NCBI GenBank assembly: GCA_009103225.1
Contig: RHPI01000277.1
Span: forward strand, 580,074 to 644,073
DNA length: 64,000 nucleotides
Source of the DNA: Chlorokybus atmophyticus
Taxonomy: Eukaryota > Plantae > Mesostigma and Chlorokybus algae
Direction of reading: 5' to 3'
Shown here: positions 30,627-44,145 of the stretch, one piece after another
How positions within the stretch are numbered: the stretch's first letter is position 1
Layout: every line of letters begins with the position of its first letter
Position numbers and translations under genes: made by a program
Notes under the pieces: generated by a model
What the model was told of the DNA's origin: nothing
Database searches by the model: none
The model's input: the letters and a program-made list of their open reading frames with translations, nothing else

Positions 30627-33600
30627 ATGGCGTTATGGTCCGCATCCTGCCTGCAGCTTCCCCCATGCAAGCCCGCCACGCCGTGTCTATGCCGGCCGTT
30701 CGCCGCCCTCGGCACGCCGCCGGCTGCCGCAGCTGCTGCTGCAGGCAAGCAGGGCGTTGCTAATGCGGCCAGGCTGCTGCCTACCCTCTCCTACAGCCGC
30801 GTAAGCAGCAGGCGGGCTGTGCGACGGAGCGGCTCAGTTGTCGCTCATGCTGGATCGGACGGATTGGATCACCGACCGCAGGCAAGTGTTGGTTGGTGCT
30901 TGGTTGCTCGTCATCAGCAGGCATGCTAAGTGCTAGCTAGCAAGTCTATCATAATTTGGCCGCCAGTTGTGCATGCACATGCACACTGCGATTGGGCAGC
31001 AATCATATAAGGTGTGTGCACTGGCGTTGTCAATTGCGTTGTAACTTCCTCAGTGCTTACTCCGGGGCGCTGCTGGGTGCGTTAAATCACCAGGACGTTG
31101 GGCACTTGACTTTATCTAGGGAAAGAACCGTTACAATTGATGACGCACATGCATGCAGAGATGGTGTTCAAGAACACACCACATCTTGACAGCCAGCTGT
31201 TGGTTGGCATGTAAGAAAGACTTACATGCACTTCCTTTGGCAGGTTACCAACAACCGTGAAGAGAGCCACAGTCGGCATGTGCCTCCTTTGCACACTGAC
31301 AATGGCAGACCTGATGTCTCCAACGGCCCTGGAGAACTTTACCTATACCAAAACGGAGTGCATGTGGATTATCATGACAGCGACACACATGACAACAGTC
31401 ATGACCACATGCACATGCACAGTCACGAGCAGCATGGCCAGCACGCTCCCACTGCCCACAACCATGAGCACCAGCATGCACATCATAATGATCACGATCA
31501 TGAACACAGTCACGACCACGACCACGACCACGACCACGATCATGACCACGACCACGACCACGACCACGATCATGAGCATGAGGACGAGCACGAGCACGCC
31601 CACAGCCATGCACATGGCCACGCGCACAGTCATGGTCCCAGCTTGCATGGCAATGCTGCGCAGCGCACGCTGTTTATGGTCGCCAAAGCCATTGGCGTGA
31701 TCCGCCTCGCAGACGCCCTCCGGGAGAATATCTGGGCCATTGGAGCCTCAGGCGCATTGCTCTTGGGATCTGCAGTGATCCCGTACGTTGCCCCTACCTT
31801 GGCAGCTGCAGCCACTGTCGTCAAGGCTTGCACGGCAGCAACATACTTTCTCATTGGGGTATGGGCTTAGTTTCTTCTTGTTTGATGCCTGAATGTTTGT
31901 ACATCGGGTGTGACTGTGTGACCAGACTGAGTTATTGAATGCGGGTATGCTTCTGCGCAGCGTGTGTCACTTGACACATTGGCATGCTCATGCTGGGCCT
32001 CAGCAACCTACTTGATGGCAGGTTCCAGCTGGGTTGGATATGGTACACGATCTTCTCGGTGGGAATGTCAACATCCATGTGCTGATGTCGCTAGCAGCTT
32101 TTGCATGCGTGTTCATGGGAAGCGGACAGGAAGGGGCGCTGTTGCTGGTGCTCTTCAATCTGTCGCATGCAGGTACTCTCGATTGGCCTATGTAGTTGTT
32201 AAGTGACAAAAACCCATGCATGTTGTTTCAAACTGTGCGTAGTTTTGACATTGTGTTGAGCGAATGGTTGTTAATGTACGCCACTGTTGGCATGCGTTGT
32301 TTCATACTTGATGACAAACTCCAATGTACCTAAATCTGTCTCTGCACCAGCTGAGGAGTTCTTAACGGCGCGCGCTACTATTGATGTCCGCAATCTAAAG
32401 AGCATGTCACCAGAAGTCGCTCTGGTGGTGCAGCAGCAAGCTGATGGCAGCTACACGACTTCCCAACCGGTTGCCATGCCGTTGCGGAAGGTTGGCCTCA
32501 GTGAGACCATTCTTGTGCGAGCAGGAGAGGTATTGGCAACAGCAGTTGGCAGTCGGTCCCACATACATGCTGTGGCTTTCTGCAATCAGTCAAGTTGCAG
32601 TGTCGGTGGTTGACACGACTGCGCAGATAGTGCCGCTTGATGGTGAGATAGTGCACGGTGCATCTTCAGTGAATCTGGAGCATCTTACAGGCGAATCTCT
32701 GCCCAGCCGCAAGTAAGTAAACATTGACAGTCGACCAGTGCAGCCTCAGCTTCCATGCGTTGCATGCAGATGGCTCACATTGAGTGGGACAGATCTGTGG
32801 GAGATCTGGTAGCTGGTGGAGCTGTCTGCATTGATGGTGCCCTCATTGTGAAGGTGAAGGATGTGCTTCGTGCTTGACTCAAAGCGTGTGGCAGTGACTA
32901 GTGTTCTGTCGTTAGTGCCATGTTTACAGACTTGCATCACAACTGTAGGTGCAAAGAACATACAAAGATTCTACTTTGACCAGGATTGTTCAGCTGGCAC
33001 GTGGCGAACAGCGCGGACGCGCAACTGTCCAGCGCTGGCTCGATACGTTCAGTGAAGCCTATTCCCGCTGTGTCATTGGCGCTTCTGTTCTTGTAATGGC
33101 TTTGTGGCCTGTGCTTTTCAAGGTCCCACTGCTGAGCTCTGCAGGTACTTAGTGTTGGCAGTGCTGCATTAGTCGCATCAGCACGTATAGTAGAGTGGTA
33201 CTACTGCTTCCAAGCTGTTGCCTGGAGTTACAATGCTGTTACTGCAGGCGTCAAGGGCTCAGTGTATCGTGGATTGAGCTTCATGGTGGCGGCATCACCC
33301 TGTGCACTAGCCATGGCTCCTCTTGCATATGTGGCTGCCATAAGTGCATGTGCACGACAGGTACACTCATCACTGCAGCTGGTGGGAACATCTGGGGTCT
33401 GACGTGTATGTTTGCAGCATGCCGCCAAGTACTCTGTCATCATCTGCACCCTAAGCCACATTTGCAGGGCATACTGCTCAAAGGCGGACGCAGTCTGGAC
33501 GCCCTAGCAACCTGCACTGCGGTGGGCTTTGACAAGACAGGCACACTGACGACTGGAGAGTTGGTATGCACTGGCACGCAAGTTGTGGAGCTCACCTCAT

Positions 33601-34944
33601 CCCAATCATCCGCCAAGCCATTTGATGCAAAGTTTGCGCTGGCAGTGGCTGCTGCACTCGAGCAGTCCTCCAATCACCCAATTGCACGGTAAGCTGAGTA
33701 CTTTGAAATGACGGATTTTTGTCAGACTGTTTGAGAAGGTCTGTGCAAATGAATTTTAATTATTTGTTTAGTGCGATCGCAGCCTATGTCAAGCACCAAG
33801 ATCTGCCACCAGTAGCGCTTGACGACGTGCGAGTCATCTCTGGCTCCGGTGTTGAAGGCACAGTCCAACGCGATGGGAGCACCATGCATGCCCGCATTGG
33901 AGGCTTGCGCTTCATCTCGTCGGCCCTGTCCACTGCAGATGCTGCCAAGTTGACGAGCGCTGTTGGTCACGCCCGGCTCAATGACGCTGTTGTTGCTGCC
34001 CTGCTGCTGGACGGTCAGGTGATACGCGGCAACATGCATGGTTGCATGCGTACGACCCCATAGCAACACGTCTCATGTGGTGCATGCACGCAGGTCGTCG
34101 TGTTCCGGTTGACAGATTCGCTGCGACCGCTTTCAGCACAGGCGGTTAGCAGCCTGCGCCATCGTTTCAATGTGCGAGTGTTGATGCTGACAGGTGAGCT
34201 GTTTTTGGTTACATCTGGCTGCATCACCCTCAATGTGCGAGTGCGCAGCGGTGATGAGGGACATTGCGATGCAGGTGATAGACTAACAAGCGCGCAGCGG
34301 GTCGCGTCACAAGTTGGCATTGAAGAGGTGTTTGCGGACCTGAAGCCAGAAGACAAGCTTGCGCATGTGAAGTCCTTGAACTCTTCAGGTCAAAAGCTGG
34401 TGATGGTTGGCGAGGGTTTGAACGATGCACCTGCGCTGGCTGCTGCCACAACAGGTCAGTTGCTCAACAATGCCCCCCGCTCGGTGTCAGGCAATACGAG
34501 TGGTGGCTGCAGGACGACCTTGTTTATGACACCAAGCTATTGGTTACCAATATTTGGTTGACATCATGATGTTTGCCTTCAGGTGTTGTCATGGCGAGTA
34601 GGGCGAGTGCAGCCGCAGCGCAGGCAGCCGATGTGTTGTTGCTGCGTGATGCCGTAGATGGTGTCCCGTATGTTCTTGCCAAAGCGGTGCAAACAACAAC
34701 AATTGTCCGCCAGAGTGTGGCACTGGCACTGCTCTGCATAGCTATTGCAGCTCTGCCCTCTGTGCTTGGCGCAATCCCACTGTGGTTGACGGTTATCCTG
34801 CACGAAGGTGGAACCGTTTTGGTGTGCTTGAATGCGCTGCGCGCTTTGCGATCGCCAGATATGCACCAGCCAGGTGATCAAGCAATCAAGCGTGACAACT
34901 TGGATGAGTCGTCAACACCACAACCAGCTGTCACTCCTGCATGA
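30627..34944 (+). CDS. HMA1: Chloroplast heavy-metal P1B-type ATPase HMA1
   Basis: Transit-peptide-like exon 1 (30627-30881, GC donor), His-rich N-terminus, VNIHVLMSLAAF, LEHLTGES, SPC motif (33295-33303), DKTGT (33531-33545), SNHP, GEGLNDAPALAAA, WLTVILHEGGTVLVCLNALRAL. The SPC/HEGGT signature is that of the HMA1 (P1B-4) clade. Confidence 0.93.
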
Positions 34945-35599
34945 GTCATTTTGACCACATCATGTTGGACATCAATGATAGCTTGTTAGTACATGACTTT
35001 AGATTGAACTAGAGCGCGCATGGGTTGATGTGCTTTATTTTACGATTCTGATTTATAAAATGGAAGTCAGGCATGCCCTAGCCCTAACCCCCAGCGTCCG
35101 TACATTTATCAGTGTGCTTGGCTATAAGTAGAAGCATTGTCGTTACATCCTGATTGCACCTGTACGCGGGTGAGCAGACAACCTCACTTGCAGGCAATGA
35201 GTTAGAATACAACAAACATAATGAGTAACAATGCACAATGCTAAGATTTGGCCTGACAACGGCAACCAAAATTACACGCAAATAACACCAGTTGTCAGTT
35301 AGAACAGGTAGGCACTGGTAGTAGCAAGGATAGCGACTAAAGCTTGCATGGTAGCCCGCGCAAATTGGTAGCGCCACTGCCAGCAACTGCCAATTGTGGG
35401 CAGCGCGAGGGTGGCGGCTTCAGCCTTTGTGGTTGGAGCCGCCTAGTGTACACTATCATGTACAAATTGTGTGTAATAGTGGCGCACGAAGACTTGCGCT
35501 CGTCAAGCAATGCCAAGCAACTTGAAATCACATGCGGGCAACCCCCATCCACTACAACACTAGCATGCGTATTAGAAGTCACTTGCAACCTTCCCATGC

Positions 35600-36160
35600 A
35601 AGAAGGCCATGGCAGACGCATGCACAGCCAATAACGCGCTCTTTACTTATGAGCAAGACTTCATCGAAGGATTGAGAGCATTCCTTGACCCTCTGCTGTT
35701 GCAACGCTTGCTTTGTGCATTCTACAATATTTAAATGATCTGTTTGTTGCGAGGGTGCCTGAGTTTCAGCAGGCATTGTACTTGTCTTCCACAGCTTAGC
35801 AGGGGCAACTTACCCGCAGGAAATGCCAACCGTCGTGAAGTCTGCGACTGGTGCATCTGTGCCATTCTTGGACTTATATGTCCTTCAGACAAAGGATATA
35901 TAAGGCATTTGCACATAAGGTGTACAAGAAGGTGTACAACAAAAAAAGTGAACATACCTATGTGGATATTGCGACGAGCCCCTCACCCTCATTCCAACAT
36001 TGTGCGCACTACGAAATAGGGAGTGGTCATGTCGCAGCGCAGTCGCTTCTTACACATTTGCACATTCCACTTGCGTTTCCTATCAGAGATGGTGCTCTTT
36101 TTACTGGACATAATACCATGGCCATACTCAGATGCAGCTGTTGCATAGGCTGCATGGGAA
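35600..36160 (+). mobile_element. Degenerate Penelope-like retroelement (Naiad/Chlamys-type) reverse-transcriptase remnant
   Basis: Across frameshifts and stops: NALFTYEQDFI ... QYLNDLFVARVPEF (decayed YxDD, 35728-35739) ... GATYPQE ... SVPFLDLYV (35865-35876) ... KVYNKK ... PHPHSNI ... GVVMSQRSRFLHIC. This is the order of RT and thumb motifs in PLEs of this clade. Confidence 0.7.
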
Positions 36161-37040
36161 GGTGTGGAGTATCCAGGGATGGCATACGACATACAGTACA
36201 AGCATTTGTACAACATGATAGTACACAGGTTGGAGGAAACAGTAGTTGAGAGAGGAACCGCGTAAATGATGCAAGCACAAGAGTAGCACACGACACCGAC
36301 AACATGTGATTACAGGTAAGTGCTGGCTAAGTAAGTGTGGGAGCAGTTGGAGCAGATTTACTGCCCGCATGCATGTCGTGTCCATGCACCTCCGTGCAAT
36401 GCTCAGTGCTATGCTATGGGCTCATTCACAGCACTATGCTGTGTGAATACCCTGCTGTGCATTCTGCTATCGGATTAACAGTGCGCAACCCGACTGAAGA
36501 GCCGTTGTGAGTTGTGGCGCGGGATTATAAGATCGCGGGCAACCTCACAAAACCTCGGGGGCGTTAGTGGTCAACGTCTTATTTATCCTGGTGGCCGCGC
36601 TGGCTCGTTAACATCTCCCCGCGCGGTGCTCTGCAAGTGCTTCCTTTGTTGCTTGCTACTACCCCTTCCCTCAGCCCCCATCCCTCCTCCCTCGATCTAT
36701 AGCTAGTGCACTTAGCAATAGTTTAGTGGGGCCCCCCACCCTGTTGTGTTGGCCTTGCTTGTGCTATGCAGTAAGAAGTTGTATTGTAAGAAGTTTAACT
36801 ATATTGTTGCTTGTTTGTTCGATTGGCCCCTGCTGTTTTAAATCAGCTATCCGTTGTGCATTATGCACAGCAGGACGTCATTGATGCGTGTCTCCGTCTT
36901 GTACTCAGCTCATCATCCATCCATTCCGAGGGTCTTTACACTGCCCTCGACACTATTGATGGCTTTATATACTTTGTCAAGCGACACTTACCTTTGCATG
37001 AAGTCAATTAGCGATCATGTGATGGTTGTCCCCGCGCCCC

Positions 37041-37263
37041 NNNNNNNNNNNNNNNNNNNNNNNNNNNNNNNNNNNNNNNNNNNNNNNNNNNNNNNNNNNN
37101 NNNNNNNNNNNNNNNNNNNNNNNNNNNNNNNNNNNNNNNNNNNNNNNNNNNNNNNNNNNNNNNNNNNNNNNNNNNNNNNNNNNNNNNNNNNNNNNNNNNN
37201 NNNNNNNNNNNNNNNNNNNNNNNNNNNNNNNNNNNNNCCCCCCCCCCCCCCCCCCCCCCCCCC
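37041..37263. other. Assembly gap (N 37041-37237) followed by poly-C
   Basis: Run of N plus a C homopolymer at 37238-37263. Confidence 0.98.
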
Positions 37264-37869
37264 TCCCGTCTAGGTCTCTGTCAAGCCAATACATATGGCC
37301 GCTTCGGACGTCCGCTGCATCTGTTTCGGTTTTGGCGCAAACGGACGGAATCTTAACAGAAGAGCGGGTGGCACACCATCAGCGACGCAATACCGGCTGC
37401 CACAGTAGCCAGATTGCGCAAAATTTTGCAAAAATTAACAGATCCAATGCCTTTACGTGTTCATTTACACCAACTACTACCGCTATCACCACCGCCTTGC
37501 ACGCCAGATTCATACTGAAAGTTGTTTGTGGCACTGCAAGCTGCTTAATGCAATTTAAGTTTTGACTACAACTTCGCATTCAATACTAAATATATGGTCG
37601 TAGCTAAAATTACGTCAAATATATATATTGGCCAAACACTTTAACAACTTTGGGCGGCATCACATACCGCCACAATCGTTAATGTGATTTTAATTGCTAT
37701 GCTTTGTTTAACACCAACCACGGCGTACCAATGCATTCATCAATCATTAATGGGGGACTTTGTGCATAGCGTATACGGCATTGCTCATGCAAGACTTCTA
37801 ACAAGAAGTTTCGCACGCCTTAACCAACTTGCTCTTAGGCTTAAATGTAAAGTAAATTAAGGCATGAAC

Positions 37870-38600
37870 CCTCAGCATTCCCCCTCCCCCCCTTTCCGAC
37901 AATCTACGTGAACACTGTTGTTTTCAACTCGAGACCCGTCCTCTCTCAGTCACGCGTGATAGAGAGAGAGGACGGGTCTTTAAGCACATATTAATATTCC
38001 GCCAACATATGCAAGGGTGTCTAGCTTTCAACAATTAATGGTCAACGCAACGATGCCTTTTGCAATGTTAATCATGGTCCTCCAGAGCTCAACGTTTACA
38101 ATCTCTTTTTGTGTTATATAAGGTAACTCAAGATATGTCAGCTGCCTTTAGCACTCCCCCTCTCGACACATGCGGTGAGGTCAACGTCAACAACTCTTGC
38201 TTTAACCCCTTTCTCTCGCTTCGCGTTCTTTTCGCGTTCACGTAGCCAAAGAGGACGAGTCTCTAAGCACACATTGATGCGTTCCGTCAGGATATGCAAG
38301 GATATTTCGCTTGCAATAATTGATGATTAAAGAAGCGATGCCATTATACAATTCAAACATTTTGAAAGTTGCTCGTTAAGCCCAAAGCACCGCTGGTGCT
38401 TTTAAACTTAACGACGAGGATTGCAATTCCTTCTTGTGTTACAAAGTCTAACACTCCTCCTCCCTGCTCTGAAAGAGTCTACGTCAACTCTTTTTGTGTT
38501 CAACCCCTCTCTCATCCTCTCTCAAGCCACTCACGCCGACGAGAAACACGGGAATCTGCGCATGTATCGTGTCGGCTCAAGTACCAACACGCTCTGCGTA
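37870..38600. repeat. Degenerate ~280-300-bp tandem repeat (about 2.5-3 units) containing a perfect 16-bp-stem hairpin
   Basis: gaggacgRgtctYtaagcaca...atatgcaagg recurs at ~37968 and 38251. A C-rich + acgtNaac..ct motif recurs at ~37885, ~38160 and ~38460. agacccgtcctctctc (37932-37947) pairs with 37964-37979. Confidence 0.6.
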
Positions 38601-39125
38601 GCTGCCGTACCTTACCCAACGACATTGAAGCGAGCATGTTACTACCTAAATTATCTGTACTAGGAACAACAAGTGCCACAACACCAACAACCACCACATA
38701 GGCTGCGATCACCACCACCAAAAATAACAAATAACTACCTAGGAACCCCTAGCGGGCAAGACAATATCGCCACAGCCAGCTGCGTCTATACATGACCGGG
38801 CTACAGTATAGCGGAGCCCCTGACCAAAATTCATGTTGCAATGTTAACAAGAAATCACGTGTCTGGTAACATAGCGTATAATTCCCAACAAACACTGGCA
38901 CACTCAATCCTCAAGCCGTGTACCCCATTTTGACCGACACAAAGCAGCATGGTTATCTGGTAATAACCTGTACAGCACTGACCTAGACAATGCCATCCGC
39001 ATGTGTACAGGTAATTACAAGTACGGTCACTCTAGCAATGAGATTATTGCAGTTTGCGCCAGGAATCAAGCAGCTTGCACCTTGCTTTGTTTGTCCATAC
39101 AATACAGCTGTTCGCACTCCAGGCT

Positions 39126-42100
39126 TTAGTAGTTCATCCATATGTCAGACAAAGGCTTGGCCCCTCGAGGGGCTTCCTTTTCTGGTGCCGCAGCCGGCTG
39201 CTCCCTTTCCCAAGCATCGGTGTGGCCACCTGTTTGTTTGGATTCACCTGCGATGAACCAAAGTGCACTCGCTCAGCACGTTGCACATGTGTGAGCCTTT
39301 CCCGATTGTGTGCAAGCTGCGTCAATACAATTGGTCACTCACCACCAAATGGATCCTGCTCAATCTCGTCTGCAAAACCTGGAAATGATGCAGCTGGTGG
39401 CTTGGCAGGGGTGTAGAATCCGTCATTGTCATCAGGCTGCATCCTCAAAGGCGGTTTGGTATGGGACATATCGCCAGCTCGAACTTCTGTACTGAAGTTT
39501 GTGGCTGGGCTTTCCAGCTGCTCCCAGTTTCGACCTTTGCTGCTGCAGTTGTCAAAGGCATGCATTCAGAATGCATACCTGTGACTCAATCAACCCAGCC
39601 TATGCACAAAGCCTCAGTCTGTGACGCTAAGTGCAACGCAATACTCAACAATTGTGGCGCAGTGTTGAAACACAGCGACATAGCGTAGCAGCCAGCTCAT
39701 AGTGCGATGCCACAGCGGAAAAGCTGCAGAACACTACTGCCAGACCTACACTGGCCGCACAGCATTGGCAAGCGGGTTTACCTGTTTGAGCTGTATGATG
39801 CTGGGCCGTTGTAGGCATCCCCAAGATCGACAGAATCCCCAACACCGGCATACCTGCTGCCAGTCTCAGTTGCTGGCACGTGCCCAAATGTATAACGTCA
39901 ACATCACAAGCAAAGGCCGCTCAGTACCACACCTGCGATTTGCCCCCAGCAACCCAGTACTGCTGTCAGTGCTGGCAGCAACGCCACTGTGCGCAGGCGC
40001 ATGTTTGTAACCATCATCATATGAAGACTGAACAGCTGCTGGCTTTTGGGCTGCATTCGTGGAACTGAAGTTGCCAATGGCTACAAAGCCCTCATCAAAC
40101 TGGTCCCAATTCTCATCGAGTGGATCCGCAGAGGCCCGACCCCAATCTGTCAGGTAGAGTGCAGATGTTACAAAATGGTTTCTTGCAACAACTATGGCGT
40201 TGGCGTAGCTCTCACACCTGAGGACATGGCACCACCGTTGTGAGTGCGGTATGTGTCTTGAGTACTGGCGCCCAAGGCGTTGGCCCTGGCTTGCAGGCTA
40301 TCCCGCACTGCCTCCAAACGTTGAAGAGCTACAGCAACCTGAGGAGGCCGACAGTTAATGAAACCGCATGAAACCTTGCAGAGCTTACCACATGTACAAC
40401 ATGCATACCTTTTCTGCTTCGTTGTCAATTCTGCCAGGAGGTTGCGACATAAGCTGTGCCAGAATGTCTTTGAGTGCTCTAGCGGCTGCCGACTCTCCCT
40501 CCACAGCTGTGCTTTGCATGAGCAACTGCCAGGCATACTATACGTAAGACTGTAGGTTTGACCAACGGAATGACATACCTTGACTGCCTCGTTGCGCTGA
40601 CACACTGGGCAATACTCAGTTGTCGACTCAGAAATGAGTTGTACATGTAGGTTCAAGTCTTTGAGATTTTGCGTTGAGGTTACCAAACCTGTGTGCGGCG
40701 GGCTTGCAATTCCTTCTCAAGCTTCTCGCGCTCTGCGCGCTTAGCATTGAGCACCTCGTTAGACTTGTCCTTCTGTCCCTCAAAGCGAAGCAGCTGGTTC
40801 TCAAGTTGTTGAATCTGCAATAATGCATATGCAGTCAAGACAAAGTTACTGGAAGGTTGCGTGCGGGACAGGACATGCAACACTAGTACTGCCACCAGGT
40901 AGTGTCAACAGGACGTATTTGGCACACGCATCCACACAGCCAACCCATGCACTCACATCTGCAGCAATAGCCTGTTCTCGCTGTTCGTCAGTCATATAGG
41001 TCTCCCTCTCCAGTCTTGAGATTGCATTCAATAATTCCTGTCGTCGATGCTGGAGCAGCTGTATTTTCTGCGACACTTGACCAAGCTGTGCGCGAGCCGC
41101 TTCTGCTGCTTTGGTGCGCTCGTTAAAGTGCTTCTCCACAGTTTCAAGCTGCGATAAGGACACAAAATCAAGCAGGGAGTGTTACTCGAACACAACACAC
41201 AGTAGGATAACTTAGTTGGGGAGAATTGCTCCGCGCTCTTGCAGTGGTCACGCTCTTTCCATGGCTAGTGCAATCAATCCTTGAAACCATAGCCACCCAG
41301 TCCCTCGCATATTATTCACGCTTAAGCTGCTCAAGCAAATTGCAGCGGTTAAGAGTACGTTACCTCGTGTTGTGCAGCTGATGCCATCTGACTCATCTCG
41401 CCCAGCTGCACTTCGCAACGGCTCTTGAAAAGCACGAGTTCCTGCATCTTCTGATTCATCATCTGCGCTTTTTCTTTGTCCGTGTAATACCTGGTTTCAG
41501 CCTCCTGTAGCTGAACATGCAGATGCTGCTCAGCAACCTGCCTGAGCGTGCAACGCATGACATGTTTGACAACACTAAATGCCACTAATTAGCACCAACT
41601 CTGCCACAAATACAACACGAAACCAGGTGCAAGGACTGGGTTTCAATACCTGAACATCCACATGGTCTGCTTCTGACTTAATATCCGTGAACTTCTTCTT
41701 CTCATCCACATTCAGTGAACCCAAAAACAACTCATCAAGAGTTGGCGCTCGTGACTGAGGTGCTGTGGAGGCCTCTTCATGGTTGCCAGCACTTGAACCC
41801 GCTGTTTGCGAAGCTGCTGCAGCATCTGTTCCGCAACAACATGCATTGCTTTTGTCACCAGCAGTTTTGGAGTATCCAATGCGCAACGCAGTCGGGTTAC
41901 CCTTGCAACGCCCTACTGACCCCCAAAACTTACCATCCTTGAAGCCCATCATGTCTGGTGGTGGCTGTGCCTGTGGCACCTGCACCGCTTGCCCATACAT
42001 TGTCTGATCTGATAGCATGGGCTGACTGAAGCCGGCATTGCCGACGACTGGCCCTCCAAAGCCTTGCTGCTGCTGCAGAGGTGGGGATGGTTGGCCTTGG

Positions 42101-42980
42101 AAGCCCCCACCGAAAGCACCATACTGCTGTGGCTGTTGGCCTGCGAAATTGTATGACGTTGTGAGAACCTTAGTCAACGAGTAGTCACAAGAACGCATGC
42201 GTTTATGCATCTCAGCACATGCCGCAGCAAGCGAAGCAACTGCAAGAACAATTATACCTGGGAGTGGTGAATCTGGATGGATGCCAGGTGGAACGGTAGG
42301 CGGAACAGGTCGACCTTCCCTGGCACGCTCCATGAGATAGAGCGCTGTGCAAAACTCCCGGTACGTCAAACATGAATCCCTGTCTGCATCACTGAGCTCC
42401 CAGACCTGACGAAGTGTCTCTGCAAACAATGGCTGTGAGCATACCGCAGTTGCTACATGGGATATCCAGGCGATCCATCCCCACCTTGTGGTAGGCTCCA
42501 CTTCATGAACATGGTGCGAGCCTGTTCGCCTGTGATCTTCCCATCCTTGTCACTGTCAGCATGTGTAAAAAGTGCTTGGTATCGCATCATGTCCTGCGGA
42601 GACATGCGTGGCCAGCTGCCACCTGCTGTTACCGCAACCAATGACATGCCCTGGCCACCAGCAGATGCGCCGAACTGCTGCCCAAAGCCACCTTGCTGAA
42701 CACCGAAGCCTTGGCCTGCTGAAAAGGACTGCTGCGGGCTGGGTCCTTGACCATACGCTTGTCCGGAGAAGCCTGGTTGGGGCTGCCTGAACCCAGGTTG
42801 ACCGTAGGACTGGGCATAACCTTGCTGCTGTGCGTACCCAGCTTGAGGTGTATATGTCTGCTGAGGGAAACCGCCAGCAGACTGAGGAAAACCTGTAAAA
42901 CCCTGTCCAGGTCCAGCTGTAAATGACTGCGGAGGGGTGTGGCCTGCTGGCGTGCCAAACCCAAAATGCTGCTGCTGTTG

Positions 42981-43017
<37 letters not shown>

Positions 43018-44045
43018 TGCTGTGCTTGAGGTTGTGACCAGCTTGGCACCACTGCTACTGGCGCCCTGCAAACACATGGACAGCAATAGTGGTAAATCAT
43101 AAACTGCAAAACTCAGGCACAACTGCAGTGCTAAACACCGACGCACTGGTGGCGCATGCCAACTGTCTGTGCAATGGCGGTGAGCGTACTGGTTGGAAGT
43201 CCGACGGTATGCAGATCCCACTTGAGATGGCGGCTGGTTAGGAGGAGGTTCCAGCCCAGCCATGCGTGGTGCTGGAAGCGGTCCTGATGTGCCAGCCAAG
43301 ACGCCGCGCACATGTTCCAGAGTAAGGTCTTCGCCTGACTGTGCCAGTGAGATCAGCTTCAGCGCTGTAGCAAACCCTCGAATATCCAAGAATCCCTTCT
43401 GCGCATTGTCGGAGAACTCCCATATCTGTGATGGTCGTAGTGAGTACTTCGCAGGTGAATAACAAATTGGCTGGCAACACATTGCGCGTACATACATATA
43501 TATATACATACCATAAGTATGCGGCATTACGTGCAACACCATGAGCACCTCTAAGAGCACCTCGCAAACACACCTCAAGTTCCTGCCATGTGCATGTACT
43601 GCAAACTTGTGGACTCTCGCTTACAACAAGCATTGTCACAACCTACCACCAGTACCAACCACCTCGATGCCTTGAAGTGTAGCGTAAGCTATGCGCTTGT
43701 CGCACGGCATTCCCAATGCTTTGGAAAACAACCGAAACTGACGCTACAGCGAGTGCAATGCTAGGACAAGACTGTGACAGGTCTGTGGCATGCACTGGCA
43801 TGAAGCGCATGCACTTGAAGCGCATGCACCGCTGACAATGACATGTGTACGTGCTGTGCAAACAATGAGACACGGCAGCTATTACGAGCACAACACATGC
43901 TAACCTTTGCGAGTGTGAGCTGGGGCAAACCGGAGCGCGACAGAAACTGAACAGCTTCCCCGCCCGTAAGTTTGCCATCGCCATCCTGGTCGGCACGTCG
44001 AAACCACTGCTGGATGTAGTCCATCGAGGGCAGCGTCTCGACCAT
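39126..44045 (-). CDS. Eps15-homology (EH) domain endocytic scaffold protein (plant EH1/EH2-Pan1-like), multi-exon
   Basis: EH1: YIQQWFRRADQDGDGKLTGGEAVQFLSRSGLPQLTLAK|IWEFSD. EH2: RYQALFTHADSDKDGKITGEQARTMFMKWSLP..LRQVWELSDADRDSCLTYREFCTALYLMER. These are followed by Q/G/P-rich linkers, coiled coils (MQELVLFKSRC) and an acidic tail with DENWDQFDEGF and DPF motifs. The final exon (...DIWMNY*, 39126) is inferred. Confidence 0.88.
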
Positions 44046-44136
44046 GATGCCTTGCCCCCCTCTGCTCAGGTGGCACCCGCCACCGCCGACACCGGCAATG
44101 CCACCCCCGACACTACCAACGTGCTCGCCCAAGCCA

Positions 44137-44145
44137 TTAGGGTTT
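44137..44145 (-). promoter_or_regulatory. Telo-box upstream of the EH gene (divergent EH/TOM2A intergenic region)
   Basis: ttagggttt at 44137-44145, ~90 bp upstream of the ATG at 44045. Confidence 0.5.

Noticed and set aside
31500-31600. Regular short repeats that could suggest a CRISPR-like array
   Set aside because: They are CACGAC codon repeats encoding the HMA1 His-Asp tract. There are no spacers or cas genes, and the context is eukaryotic.
36854-37565. ORFs spanning the first N gap
   Set aside because: They are open only because of Ns and poly-C.
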